Source: Mobula hypostoma (lineage: Eukaryota). Taken from it: a DNA stretch of 64,000 nucleotides. The DNA is taken from positions 14,944,001 through 15,008,000 of the forward strand of contig NC_086118.1 in assembly GCF_963921235.1 (NCBI RefSeq). The letters are read 5' to 3'. This document shows, piece by piece, positions 62,129 to 64,000 of the stretch; within the stretch, counting starts at the first letter, position 1; each line of letters opens with the position of its first letter. The notes under the pieces are model-generated. The model did no database searches, had not been told where the DNA came from, and was given only the letters and a program-made list of their open reading frames with translations. A program made the position numbers and the translations under genes.

Positions 62129-62404
62129 CTATCAGAAAAATCTTAGTATGATAAGAATTCTCAAGAAAGACAGGATAATCTTTTATCCCCTTCCTCTCTG
62201 GAAATAGGTTTCCCACTCTTGGCTCTGGTCCCAGTCATAAGCTGGTATTCTCCAGCAAGCCACTTTTAACAAGTGTTGACAACAATTGAACCTTGGGACT
62301 TAAACACAGCAAAACTTCTTTCTTCCCCCATTGTCTTCAAAATATCTAAGGAGGCAAAGTAATCAGAATCAGGTTTAGTATCACCGGCATATGTCGTGAA
62401 AATT

Positions 62405-63435
62405 TAACACTCACATCTACAGTGATGAAATGCTTTGAGAGGTTGGTCATGGCTAGAATCAACATCTGTCTCAGGAAGACCCTGGACCCACTGCAATTTG
62501 CCTATAGCCACCATATGTCCACCATTGGCTATTCACAAGGACAATACAAATACCCATGTCAAGATGCTGTTTACTGACCACAGCCCAGTGTTAAAAATAA
62601 TCATTCCTACAGTTCTGATCGAAAAGCTCCAAAACCTGGGCCTCTCTACCTTCCTCTGCAACTGGATCCTCCATTCCCTCACCAGAAGACCACAATCTGC
62701 GTGAATCACAAATAACATCTCCACCTCACTGATAATCAACACCTCAAGGATGTGTGCTTAGCCCAGCGCTCTACTCTCTCTATATCCATGTCTGTCATGC
62801 TAGGCACAGCTCAAATGCCATCTATAAATTTGCTAGCTTGGACCTAACATATCAATGCAGATACAAAGGCACAAGAGCAGCTATATCTCATTTGGAGTTT
62901 GAGGAGATCTGGTACGTCACCTAAAGCACTTGCAAGTTTCTAGAAATGTACCATGGATTGCATTCTAACTGGCTGCGTCAACATCTGGAATTGGGGTTGG
63001 GGAGCTACCGCACAAGATTGAATTAAGCTACAGAGAGTTGTAACCTTAGTCAGCTCCATCATGGACACTAGCCTTCATAGTATCCAGTTCATCTTCAAGG
63101 AACAATACCTCAAAAAGGTGGCATCCATCATTAAGGACCCCCATCACCAAGGTCATGCCTTGTTCTCATTGCTACCATCAGGAAGGAGGTACAAAAGACT
63201 AAGGTAAATATGCAATGATTCAGAAACAGTTTCTTCCTCTCTGCTATCTGATTTCTGAATGGACATTGAATTTTTCAATTTCTATTTTTGTACTACTTGT
63301 TTAATTTAACTATTTAATTATATATACCTAATGTAGTTCAGTTTTTTCTCTGTTATGTATGCATTGTACTGCTGTCACAAATTAAACAGATTTTGCGACA
63401 TATGCTGGTGATATTAAACTTGATTCTGATTCTGA
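62405..63435 (+). mobile_element. Rex1/Babar LINE fragment
   Basis: [78 protein letters not shown] tail. Confidence 0.8.
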
Positions 63436-63459
63436 CACAACTATCGTTTGCAGAATTTC

Positions 63460-64000
63460 AGATAGTGTCAAGAAGGCACACAGGAGTGAGATAGATCAGC
63501 TGATTGAGTAGTATAACAGCAACAAGTAAGACCAAAGAATTGATTATAGACTTCAGAAAGGGTAAGACAAGGGAACAAACACCAGTCCTCATAGAGGGAG
63601 CAGAATTTGAAAGGATGAGCAATTTCAGCTTCCTGGGTGTCAACATCTCTAAGGCCCAACATATCAATGCTGTTTTGAAGAAGGCACAACTGCAGCTATA
63701 TTTCATTAGGAGTTTCAGGAAGTTTTGTATGTCACCAAAGACACTCACCGTGGAGAGCATTCTAATGGGCTGCATCGCTGCCTGGTATATAGAGACTGCT
63801 GCACAGGATCAAAATAAGCTGCAGAAAGTTGTAAACTCAGTTAGCCCCATCATGGGCACGAGCCTCTCCAGCATCCAGGACATCAAAATGGAGCATCCAT
63901 CAGAAGGACCCCAACCATAACTTCTCTCATTGCTACCATCAGGGGCATGAAGGCATACACTTAACGATTCAGGAACAGCTTCTTCCCCTCTGCCCATCGG
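63460..64000 (+). mobile_element. Rex1/Babar LINE fragment
   Basis: SKTKELIIDFRK, FLGVNIS, KKAQLQLYFIRSFRKF, VESILMGCIAAWY. Confidence 0.8.

Overview
Eukaryotic, transposon-saturated non-coding DNA (intron or intergenic). The repeat complement suggests a cartilaginous fish, probably a ray or skate (inference): CR1 and Rex1/Babar LINEs, V-type and Deu-type SINEs, and Penelope-like elements. No host gene, rRNA, tRNA or CRISPR array can be supported; most ORF-track entries are TE fragments or noise. TE content: many decayed CR1 and Rex1/Babar LINE pieces (largest a 3-kb CR1 with endonuclease and RT), two internally deleted Tigger/pogo transposons, a dead full-length Tc1, a probable Chapaev3 derivative, RTE-derived non-autonomous elements and Penelope-like (GIY-YIG) retroelements (PLEs). 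The most notable signal is about a dozen minimal type-I hammerhead ribozyme motifs (CUGANGA...GAAACGUC), intact to decayed, in PLE termini, with helix-I covariation between copies. Four ~200-bp non-coding palindromic insertions carry these motifs, have 8-16 bp TSDs and fold back at or beside the ribozyme; they come from two unrelated sequence families. TE family names come from recognised motifs, not database searches, and boundaries of old fragments are approximate.
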